From NCBI GenBank assembly GCA_043228905.1, contig JBHGNT010000002.1:496001-560000 (forward strand): DNA of 64,000 bases, given 5' to 3'. The position numbers were made by a program, and so were the translations under genes. This document shows, in pieces, positions 39,415 through 50,726 of the stretch. The notes beneath the pieces are model-generated. The model was not told where the DNA came from. It saw nothing but the letters and a program-made list of their open reading frames with translations, and made no database searches. The DNA is from Azolla caroliniana. Taxonomy: Eukaryota; Plantae; Polypodiophyta. Numbering within the stretch: the stretch's first letter is position 1; each line of letters starts with the position of its first letter.

Positions 39415-39669
39415 ATGAATGTCGACACACCTGCACCACTCGGACTTCTCCTTGATGAAGCAGAAAATCAAAGAAGAACCAAACGCCCTCGGATGCCGGG
39501 TTTCAAAGCAACTCGACGAGATGTAGAAGCAATAAAGAAAATAAGGGAACGTGAACTACACCGCCTAGAAGCCATGGCTAGGGCACTCTATGCATCGGGA
39601 CCATGGGTCACACCCACACCAAAAACTTTTGACCTCCCACTTCTTTTTGAGAGACTTGGGTGGAAATGA
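39415..39669 (+). CDS. LINE-associated 84-aa ORF3, or C-terminal extension of ORF2
   Basis: In frame with ORF2 after one TAG. Also present in copy 1 (34995-35243). Confidence 0.5.
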   Translation: MNVDTPAPLGLLLDEAENQRRTKRPRMPGFKATRRDVEAIKKIRERELHRLEAMARALYASGPWVTPTPKTFDLPLLFERLGWK

Positions 39670-40336
39670 GATTAGGCTTGGTGCAAAGTTTTGTACACTA
39701 CTAGAACTTTCTTAGCTTAAGCTATTTTCTTTTATTTTTAGTTTTGATGATTGGATAAACACTCATTTTTTGTTGTAACCTATTTGTCTCATGGGCCAAA
39801 TTTGGCCTTAGAAGACGTTAATATATCTTTCTTTCTTTCTTTCTTTCTCTCTTTTTTTTTTTCTTTCTCTCTCTCTCTCTCTCTCCCGTGTATGCTTATT
39901 CTCTGTGTTAAGCTTCCATTAAACCTTTTTCTCTTTACTGTTACTATTCGGTAGAGCCGGTTTGGCATAAGCTTCTGCACGCTAACTTTAACAAGATTAA
40001 TACAAAGACAAAACATTTGGAGCTATATTGTCTACTCCTAATTATGTGTATAAGATATTGTTAATTAAGTAATTGCTTGTGTGATTTTAAATCAATCTCT
40101 CATTACTAGCAAAAATTGCATGTTTTCCATATGCTAAATGTTGACTACTCGCTAGTTATAACAATTTTCTTTACCCAACCGTCCATTCTATTTGACAACT
40201 TATACCACAACCCATGGCAACCACAATGGGGTGTTCAATGTGCAACTGACAAATGTTATATTATGAGTCAACCTTAACCCCCATTAACCAATCATCCTAT
40301 AATGATATCATGTTCACGATGTAAAACCACTTCCAA

Positions 40337-40562
40337 TGTTACGAGTATGACCATAATCTATCCCGTGGTAAGTTGTACCGTAGTATTCTACACATGAGGA
40401 TAAAGTGTGAGGGTTAATTGAGAGTGTAAAAAGGGAGGATTACTTTTAATCCTAGGAATTGATACAACCCATAAGGGCCAAGCGTGCACTTGCATGGGGT
40501 CCTTAGGTCTAGCTATAAATATAAGGCCTAACTACCCTCATTAGTCACATCATTCGACTATG
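40337..40562 (+). mobile_element. Partial LTR remnant, inverted relative to 41463-41905
   Basis: Begins TGTTAC and is the diverged reverse complement of ~41688-41905. Confidence 0.7.
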
Positions 40563-41450
40563 ATTCCCATCGGATGAACCATGTACTGACTATTGACTAC
40601 GTCTTCTATTCTTTCCTTTTTTTCTCCAGTAAATGGCTTAATGACAAATGATGGTTCACCTTGACGTTCATCTAGTCTAAAGTCTCAAAGCACACTTAGA
40701 CCTAAAGTCTAAACATGTTTTATAGTTGCATGTATCAATAATGTTGTATGGTCTTTGTTATATTTGAACTCAAAAACCTCGAGAACAAAGCCATTAAACA
40801 CTTGAGCAAACCCATGTTGAATGTCCAATGTTTATGTTAATGCAAGATATGTAAAGGCATCATCCCATTTTATTTTTTTTAAAGAGAAAATTTGTGTCTA
40901 GAATGCTTTTCCCCCCCTCGTTAAATAGAAAACTATGTTGGTATGTCACCCAACCTCAAGTCTCATCATTACAATGGCATGCCATAAGGAGCAACCTAAT
41001 GGTGATCTCATGGTGGCATTGTAATCATGTAATGAGTGCAAAATGTTGGATGCGAGTTTCATAAGGGTGACCTCGCACGAAGTGGGCCAAGCCCTTATGC
41101 CCACAAATCATTGTGGCCATGTTTGTTTATTTGTTACATAATAATGAAATTGAGGTGATCAATGGGGATAACAAAAAATTTGTTGAAAAAGGATAGTTAC
41201 TACGACATTCCCACAAAAAATGTGAAGAGAGCCACCAATATCCTTACCTCGAAAGGACAACCTTCAATATTTAATGAGGATGTAACCAATTCCTAATATA
41301 CACACACACGTATATATGTTTATGACATGTATACGATCACACATACACACACACACACATAGTGTGTGTATAAGAATCGTCAATAAAACATAAACCAACG
41401 AATGATCTAATTGAGATGCGTATTAACAAAAGAAACATTAGAAAAAATGT

Positions 41451-41905
41451 TATGATACCATATGTTAGAGATTATTCTTAATGTAAGCATGAAATAAGGA
41501 AATATAAGATAAATAGATAAGAAAAGAGAGAGAAAGAAAGAAGGGTGCTGATCCACCCGAGCAACGGAATTGAGACGAACTCGACCCTTGATCGGCATCC
41601 CATACCACCAGTATGGGATCATGTTGTACCTAGTACTAGCGCACTTTCTACAAGAGTTTGCTCACCACAAGATCACAATCTCAACACAATCGAATGATGT
41701 GACTAATGAGGGTAGCTAAGCCTCATATTTATAGCTAGAGCTAAGGCCCCCATACAAGTTCACACTTGGCTCTTAAGGATTGTCTCATAGGCTTAAAAGT
41801 GATCCTCCCTTCTTTAAACCTCGATTAACCCTCACACTTTATCCTTGTGTGCAAAATATTATGGTACAACTTACCATGGGATAAATTATGGTCGTGCTTG
41901 TAACA
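41451..41905 (-). mobile_element. LTR remnant with adjacent PBS
   Basis: On the minus strand it reads TGTTACA...CTAACA (41905-41463), then TA and TGGTATCA (41460-41453). It contains a CTATAAATA TATA-like motif. No internal coding region is visible. Confidence 0.75.
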
Positions 41906-42993
41906 TAAGGAGGGGAAACTATCGAATTTTTAAATGGTATTCTTTAAGTATGAATGAAGAATACTAAGTTTCAAACCTAATACACAAGTAAAAATACCAT
42001 CAAAATAACTATTCCATCGATTATATATAATATATACATATATATGTAATGAATATAATCATTATATGTAAGTTAAATGTAGTGACATGCTCTTAGGCTA
42101 GTGCATGTTTGTCCACATGCGATTTGATATGTAGAGTAGAGGATATTTCTCTCAATCTCATTACTTCTCAACACCACCCTATTAACATCAAGTTATCTTG
42201 GCATGAATAACACAACTTTATAATAATCAAACAAATTCAATTCATCAAGTTCTCTCTGATATGTGGTCGTTCCCAAACTTGCTCCTTGCATTTGCATGCC
42301 AATGCCCATCGTTACATAGGCCCACTATGGGCAACATCAATGTCTATTCCAAAGCCCATTGCTACCCCAACTACAACTTTAGGTTCGGTAGTTGACCCTA
42401 TCGCTGCTCAAGTTATGACTTTCTCTTTGATAGTTGAATCTGCCTTTGTTTTAATTGTGTCCACAACCGTTTTTGCTCCAATTATGAAAGGAGCATATGG
42501 CACTCTAAACTTTATTCATGTGTGACTAATAAGAATAAACGATACTTCACCCAAATAGATGTCTTAGCTTGAATCGCAAAGTTATCTGCCTCACAATTTC
42601 TTGTAGTGGCAAGATGCCTCAATACCTATCTTTTTTTGTTCTAGCAACACATGTGTGAACCAAACATGAATGATAAGAGCACATATATTTGGGTTTTTAA
42701 ACGAGATCATGCATCACGAAGCATGAGCTATAAGTAAAATCAGCTCGATCAAATTTGCAATTAAAAGGAAATCTCGGGGTATATATGTATGTATATATAT
42801 GTGCGCGTGCGTGTAGTAGCATTAGACTTACATTTCAGGCAAAATCTGTTGGTAAGCCATCGAAGGAAACATTTGGAAACGTAGAGAAGCCTATACAAAT
42901 AAATACATACATACTCACAATTTTAGTTAGCTTTACATTTAGTAACCCGACGGACAAGGAGGGTGGAGAAAAACCCTAGCAGAACATCGAGCA

Positions 42994-45900
42994 ATGGATG
43001 TAGCAGATGGAGCCGAAGAAGATGTAGACGCTCAAGAAGAGATTTGCAAGGTATCTCCTGCTCTTCTGTGTCTTGATCCTCAGAGCAAACACCTCGCTGT
43101 AGCTGCAGGAACGGAGCTTCGCATCTTCAACCTTCAGTAAGTGCACTTAAACATTCCCTTTTCTTATGTGATAGTTTTAATTAAGCCCGTTTTACGTGAT
43201 GTGCTCGCGTGTGCGTTGAGCGCGAATCTACCTGATGGAAATCCAAAGCAAGGGGTATTTCGTCTTTGAAAGGGCTGGAAAAATATGTTAAGTTTAATGA
43301 ATAGTAGTTCATGAAGAGAAGGAAGTTGAAAAGAATCAATTCGTAGCTCATACTGTCTTATGAATGATATGTCGAATGAGAAGCTATTTATTGAAAATGA
43401 AAAATTTGATGCTAGTTGAAATGGCAGTTGTTAATGAGCGAAAACAATTAGAAAACTGGTGATCTGTAGTTGCCCTTGATTGATTTATGATATGTATCGG
43501 TAAGAATCTATTGATGAGAAGGCCAAATAGGGAGAATTTCATTACCAAAAGAGCTAAACAAGATGCTTGTTTATGTATTTGTTCATAAGGTAGAGAAGTG
43601 GGAATCTTTAATTGAGCTTGTTTATATTAATGTGTATGTAAGCGAGAGTTCATCTGATGAAAAGGACAAATGGGGAGGGAGAGAAAGAGAGAGAACACAG
43701 AGCGCTGCTGCAGAAGAAACAAATCTGATCATGAGTCATATCTTCTAAAACTTGGTTAGCTCAGAATCATCCATATTGTACATAATCCCACAGGCCCTTA
43801 GAAAGACGATTATATGTACACTCATATACTATATATCCCTTGGCCCCTTGTAGCTCAAGAAAATCTCTTTATAACTATGGTTGAGAACTGTGAAAAAAAT
43901 AGAAACAATATATGCTAAAACCAACTAGTTTACAGAAGCTAATATTTTACAATGTTTTATCTTTAGACTAGTATATTGTGGCCATTCCAAGGCTCCTCGA
44001 AGCTAGAAACCTAAGAAATTTTAGGGATCTTTTAGCGTGGCTACCATGATTCATCCAAAAGCTCTCTGTGAGTAGAACATAATTGATGAAAATAGAAAAA
44101 TTCGAACTTTCACATGGGTCCTGGATGTACTGCACTTTTCTGCAGATCAGTGTCGTGACAGCTATCGCCAAAACATATGCGTTTCACGTTCCTCTATTTT
44201 TTTGTCCGTGCATAGTCTCACTGGGGGCAGTTTCTTGTTGTTTCCAGGAAGTCTGCTGTTGTTATCAATGATACTCCACATACTGATGCAATCAGGGTTA
44301 TTGAATTTGATCCAAATGGAAAATTGTTCCTCTCTGCTGGAGATGACAAGCTTGTGAAGCTATGGGATGTTGGTTCATGGCAATGCATCAAGACCATGTA
44401 ATGCTGATCAGTATTGATTAAGGAAAAAACATGTAGAACTTAACTTGTAAGGCTTTTATTCAATAATAGTCTTTGTATTGTGACTAGGCATACGAACAAG
44501 AAAGTTAGTGCAGCATCATTCAGTCACGATGGTGAATGGCTACTCTATGCAGATAAATTTGGAGTGGTGTATGCTTTTCCAACAAGAGATGAAAATGACC
44601 AAATTGTTGTGGATTGCAATCAATCAGTGCAACTGCTTGCCCATTGTTGCAGCATAATTACAAGCCTGGTAGTTTCTTTGTGAATCCTACAATTTTTAGT
44701 TAACTAGTTTGTTTATATATAATACTATACCAACGTATATCAAGCAAATGCCATCTGCTGTGTAGTGTAAATAATATGTCTGTTACAGAAATACCTTTGT
44801 GTCAAAGGTGCAATCTTGATTGATTCATGGTGCTTCTGTTACGTTTTAATATCTGATTTACTGTAGTATAAGAAATGGATGTCAGTCTATTCTGACTCTT
44901 TTGTTGAATGCTGTAGGATTGCACAATAGATGGTAGGTTTATCATAACTTCCGATCGCGATTTCAAGATTCGTGTAAGATAATAAAGGATTCTGTTTCTC
45001 ATAATACAAACTATCTGCTCAATTTTTTTGTGATCCTTATGTTGCTTCCTCAACATGTTGTAGATCAGCATCTTCCCCAAATATCCTTTACAGGGAGCAC
45101 ATGAGATCGAAGGATTTTGCTTAGGGCACACAAGGTACATGACTATTTTTTTGAGTTAATTGCAGTGATCCATCTTATCATCAATCACATTCTAAACTTG
45201 ACAACAAAACAATTAATACACTTGGGTCTTTCTGTTGCGTATGCTCAATGTTGCCGAAGGCAGGGAGCACTAGCTGTTATGGCCTAAAAAGAGAATTTAT
45301 TTCATCAATATTGTAGTTAAAGCTTATTTTACATGTGCGGTTTTCGCAACTAGTGATGAACAATCAGTAGAAATGGTTAAACAACAAGAGAGAAACGGGG
45401 AGAGAACAATCAGAGATGCCAAAGAGTGGCAACTACCTAAATAAGAGTACTAAAATCTAGGAATCTAGACCAGGAAATGAATATAATCAAGGCTAGAATG
45501 CTCCAAATCATAGATAGCGAGCAACTAGTAGAATTACTTCAGCAACAACTGAGATAATGGAGCAGACAATAAGAGATGCTAAAAAGTAGTGAAAACCTAA
45601 ATCTGAATACGTCTCCTAAATCTAGACCAATAAATTAATATAATCAAGACATGCTGCTAGAATGCTCCAAATCATAGACAAGGACACTGATCAATCCTTA
45701 GCTTGGCAACCCATTCACATAGGAAAGGCTTGCTGAATATAATTCCACTATCTGCTAAGTTGAACAAATGTCCGTTCCTCTACCATGTAATCTTGAAATG
45801 GGAGAGAAGTTTGCATAACTTCATAATCGATAGCCATTATTTATTTTTAATTTCTTGAATGATTGAAGCATATATTCAAAACAAAGTGCAACTTTGTCCC

Positions 45901-47510
45901 CTTTGTATCATGCATGGATCCTCTCTCAAACCAAGTATTTTCACAAGACTATTGCAAATAAACAAATATCCTTCAGAAAAGAAAACATACTTGTTTCTGG
46001 TCTGTACTTTTGTCAGGTGACAGGATCCTTGAGCAATATTTTTGGGTGATGATCAATGAGAAATAATGCAACGTTGTTCCTACACTCCATTTGAGGAAAT
46101 TGATTTAAATCATGTTTTGTGACGTGTACCAATTGGATATTCTATAATATATTACGTTTTTGTAGCGGTGTATGGTTCAATTTTAAGGAAATTATGGCCA
46201 TGGATGCATTATAAGTACTTTGTTCTCCTGTTGGATAAAGTTGAGTTATATTCTTTGCCAATTTTGAGATGCCTCTGCAAGTTCTTCCTGAATTCCTCAA
46301 CTGGAAAGTACCTTGTTTTCTGTATTTGGGATAAGCCTGTGTTTTTCATCTATTGCTTATGCAGTTCTATTGCTTTTTGGTGATTTTGTTTCAGCCATAA
46401 AGGCATTTCATCATAATTTGTGCGCGTGAAATACATTGCACATACCTTGATCTACTAATGGTTGCATCACAGAATTGATTTGGTTAAAATAATTTCAGCT
46501 TTGTGTCATGCATTTCGACTGTCAGTGAAGATGTGAGAGCAGAATTCTTGGTATCAGGTGGTGGCGATGGCACAGTAAGTTTGTTCTAACATCTAAGTTT
46601 TAGCATAAATATGTTCTAACAAGATGGGCAGTTAAATATGCACGCCCATATATGAATAAATATAAATTTATGAAGAGAAAATATCCATAGGTGCGATTGT
46701 GGGAGATCGAGACTTCGAAACTTCTAGACACATACGATACAGCACTGCAAGTAAGCACTTTCAATTCGTCTGTTTTCTCTATCTTTTCGAACTGAATGTG
46801 TATCTACAACAATTAATAGTTTTTTTAGGCAGAGTTATTGGGTGAAAAATCAATACAACCATCAGTGATTACTTGTATATCAGTGACAAATGATGGCTCT
46901 GTTGTGGCAGTTGGTATTGATAGGTAAAACATTAGCATACGTACATCTGTTTTATTTTGCAGAGCAAACATGCATGACTTTCTGATGTTTTGTGTCTTTG
47001 ACTTTGCAGTCTGGATGGTATTCTTTTTCTACGATGCGACCACACATCAAAAAAGCTTGTTTTCCTGCAGGTATATATATAGTCTCAAATTGAATATAAA
47101 CTATCATGCTTTGAAGTTATGTTTATCTGACACTGCTTATTATGCAGAGGTTTGTGCTGTCAGAAAATGTCTGTCCTACAAGTATTCAGTTTGATAAAAC
47201 TGGGAGACTGTGGATTGTTGCTGGTGCTGCTCAAAGGGCAGAGGTTTCTATTGTAAAAGCCAACATTTGGCTTCAAGTATTGTCGAAGTCAGAGAAAGAT
47301 GATGTATTTATGTCTGTTGAACCTGAATGCCTCCCAGCTATTTGTCTATTTTTAAAGTCAAACATAGAGACAGCGATTGCGCTTGCTGATGCTGCGAATA
47401 TCTCCACAAAAAATGAGCTTTCAAAAAAGCAGTACTCACATGAACGTAGAGAATTCCAGAAGCGTGACCGGAATGATAGGAAGCTCCAGAGGGACAAGAC
47501 AGTTTTATAA
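42994..47510 (+). CDS. TRM82: tRNA (guanine-N7)-methyltransferase non-catalytic WD40 subunit (WDR4/TRM82), 10 exons
   Basis: Exons 42994-43136, 44248-44397, 44488-44668, 44917-44973, 45064-45134, 46499-46574, 46691-46750, 46829-46923, 47010-47070 and 47148-47510. Motifs: SAGDDKLVKLW, ADKFGVV, SDRDFKIR, FCLGHTSFVS, SGGGDGTVRLW, KKQYS..RRE..KR.RND. Confidence 0.92.
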
Positions 47511-48850
47511 TGCTTCTAACAAAGAAGCAATATATTTTTTGATTGCAATTTACTAATCAATTATTAGCCATCAATATATTCAAGATACTAAAGTCAAATC
47601 GTCCCCAGATTTTGTTTTAGTTTCAAATTTATAACATTTTATTTGCCTGATTCTCTGGGTGGTTTTGATTGATATCACGGACCAAGTATTGGAGGCGACA
47701 ACCTCGCTGCTTAGTGTTGCTCATAGAATGCCAACATAAGTACCACTTCGCATGAATCTGAGGCTCCAAATTTTGTTAAAGAAAAAGAATTCCTTAGACA
47801 TGTAGATTTTGTTAAGCCTCAAATGTATTTAAATTTGCCCAATTGTCTTGGTGGTATTGATTAGTATCACAGACATCCTTGCTTAGTGTTGCTCAAAGAA
47901 TTACACTGGCATACATGGAAGATGGTAAGTACAGGGAGGTGAATATCCATTCTGCTTTTCTTTGGTATGGCAAACTTCATTGTGATTTTCATCTCATATT
48001 GAATAAACCCAAAACAATAAAAGCCATGATTTTTGAACAAATGTTTTCCAAGGTCACTCTCCTTTTTAACAATTAAGGTGTGTCAACCATAATGAAGTGG
48101 AGCTCCATTTGTGTGATCCTTTCTTTCTTGTAAATAGTAGCTTTTAAATACCAAAGAAAGAACACTATAACAAACTTCCAATGGAAATTTGACCCAGCCT
48201 ACAAATGAATTTTGGATCCGAATGCTATGAACTCATGCAAGCCAATTCAGATGATAAACGTTACTTGTCATGCCGCATGATTATCGCTCATGCCATAGAT
48301 TCCCAACTTTTCCAACTTATGAAATCCTTTTAACCTTGCAATGTATTCCTTTACCCCAAGTTGTGAATTGAAATACTTTAATTGAACAATACTCCTCGAT
48401 ACCAAGTATGCCAAAATAACTCACTCCACTCCTCTCCATCTAGGCAAAAACCCAATTGAATGGAGATCTTACTACGATCAAAGACATCCACACTACTGTA
48501 ACCTTCCAAACCATTCTTAGTATTACAAGAAACAAATCTTTACTTCCACCAAGTAAAAGAAACACATTCCATTTGCGAATCGTTTTTGGCTTAAGATATC
48601 TAGTAATGCAATGCCCCAACCATAATCCTCCAAAGGAACACCTTAGTTCTCAATGTTGATCAAGATAGTCAACCCATGTCAATCATGCGAGGTTACCAAA
48701 GGTCTTTGTTTTTGTAATCTCTATAGTTCCATAACTCTTTACTTTATCCATATGACTCCTAATTATCTTATGATAAACATTAGTTGTTGCTATCCTGGCA
48801 ACTACTAATCCTAACAAATGTCCGATTGAACTCTTGTAATTCTTGATCTA

Positions 48851-49296
48851 ATTATGGCATTAGTCCTAGCAATATCAAGAAACCGTATACCTTAATGCCT
48901 ATTGTGCCTTATTCCCTTTGGAATTCCAAATGTTGACCTTGCTATCGTAAACGCCGTCAATCATTTTTGTGTGGCCAACATGGCCTCGTGCACAATAATC
49001 TTCAACCCGGAAGCAATGGTAGGCAAAAAGCACCAGTATCAAAGTGGTAGCATATTAGCAACCAAGTCATAAATTATGGCGTTAGTCCTAGCAAAATCAA
49101 GAAACCGTATATCTTAATGCCTATTGTGCGTTATTCCCTTTGGAATTCCAAATGTTGACCTTGCTGTCGTAAACGCCGTCAATCATTTTTGTGTGGCCAA
49201 CATGGCCTCATGGACAATAATCTTCAACCTAGAAGCAATGGTAGGCAAAAAGCACCAATATCAAAGTGGTAGCATATTAGCAACCAAGTCATAAAT
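48851..49296. repeat. Tandem duplication, 222 bp x2
   Basis: attatggc.ttagtcctagc...caaccaagtcataa starts at 48851 and at 49073, with few mismatches. Confidence 0.93.
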
Positions 49297-50726
49297 TTTC
49301 CTTTATTCATTGAGGTGTTCATTGCATGTATCTAACATTAGGCAAAAGAACAAGTAGTCAATTGGTAGCATATTAACACACCTTCCTGGCATGCCAAACT
49401 TGTGTAATGCACCACATTGAAGGGGCCAGGGATTTATAACTAATGGAAGGAGTTTTTTTTGAAAAAAGAAAAGAAAAAGGGGGGCAGGGAATAAAGCTTC
49501 CTATTACGATAAAATAATTGGTATGAAAATACTAACGGTTCCTATCTTCGTTTTCTCTTTTTATTGCCTTCAAAAGATTGAGAATCTATATACACATTTT
49601 ATGGTGCGTGCATGCGGAACCAATGATAGATTCTGTACTTCGCCGCCAGCTCCTATCTGCTCCATTTTTAATTCTTCTAACACCCTTTCAGTGCAATATC
49701 TTAATATATTTTGGAGAATATTAGGAATGACCCATCCACATAATTCATTGTCTCGTATTTGTCCCAACCAAAGACCCCGCAACCACATAACTCATCCTGC
49801 TGTATTTCCATACAGCATAAATCACTTTTCCAAATAAAAAATTGCAGGTGAAACATGAGTTTGCTGCATAAATCTCAAACACATTCAGTGAACATCTACA
49901 TAATTCACTGTGCAGCATTTTCTTCAAGGTATGTTTACTGTGTAAATCACTTCAAACATTCCCAATCAAAGATGGTAAAACTCTAGTTAGCAAAACTTTT
50001 GAATTCCAAGATTGAATCGTTCCCAATCCAATGGTTTAACAGACCAGGCATAAATTAAATCAATATTAAAATATACAAACCAGGTATAAATTAAATCAAT
50101 ATTCACATTATCATTAGATGCAATGGCTTAACAGAGATTCATTTTGGTAGGTGATTTATGCAATAAATCAATCTGAGAATCACAAACAATGATCTGAAAA
50201 AACATCTTGTCTTTTTCCTCTTTTATTTGCATTCTAGAGGAAAAATGTTAATACGCATGTCTATGCGATCCTCAAATCAATCATATAAATATAATTTAAC
50301 TGCATTTGGAAGGAAGCTCAAATCAATCATGATTGGACATCCCCTTCTGCAATATCTAGCCATCTTTGTTGTCAAATTCTGAAAAACATTAGGTACACAC
50401 TCCTGATCAGAAGATGCAAAAAATTGACAACACCAGCTTGAATGAATGATATTAAATAGCATATTGTCTGAAGACACGCCACTTTGCTCTGACATACATG
50501 ATAGTATGTAGCAGTCTTATTGGTCCATATCAAAGCAGTTTTTTGTTGTTAAGTGACGATCGAGAAACATTCAAGCAAGCTTCTCTTTATATTAAATCTT
50601 CTAACTACTGAGACACAGCGTTCCTGTCATTTGGCACTTTCTGGTTACTGCACCCTTACCATTGACATACATCATCAGTTGCCAACTAGTTTTAAACAAC
50701 AATGTCCTTAACCAACTTAAAAGAAG

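Larger units (their letters stand above)
35422..39846 (+). mobile_element. LINE copy 2: truncated within ORF1, open ORF2, (CTTT)n tail
   Basis: Begins directly after the tail of copy 1. It contains the ORF1 C-terminus, a 1159-codon ORF2, ORF3 and the same 3' end as copy 1. Confidence 0.95.
22584..39993 (+). mobile_element. Outer Ty1/copia LTR retrotransposon (degenerate, host of nested insertions)
   Basis: 5' LTR 22584-23038 (TGTTG...TAACA), PBS TGGTATTAGAG 23039-23049, PPT TTGAGGGGGAG 32045-32055. The 3' LTR is split into 32056-32380 and ~39865-39993. The 5-bp TSD AGATT lies at 22579-22583 and 39994-39998. Confidence 0.95.
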
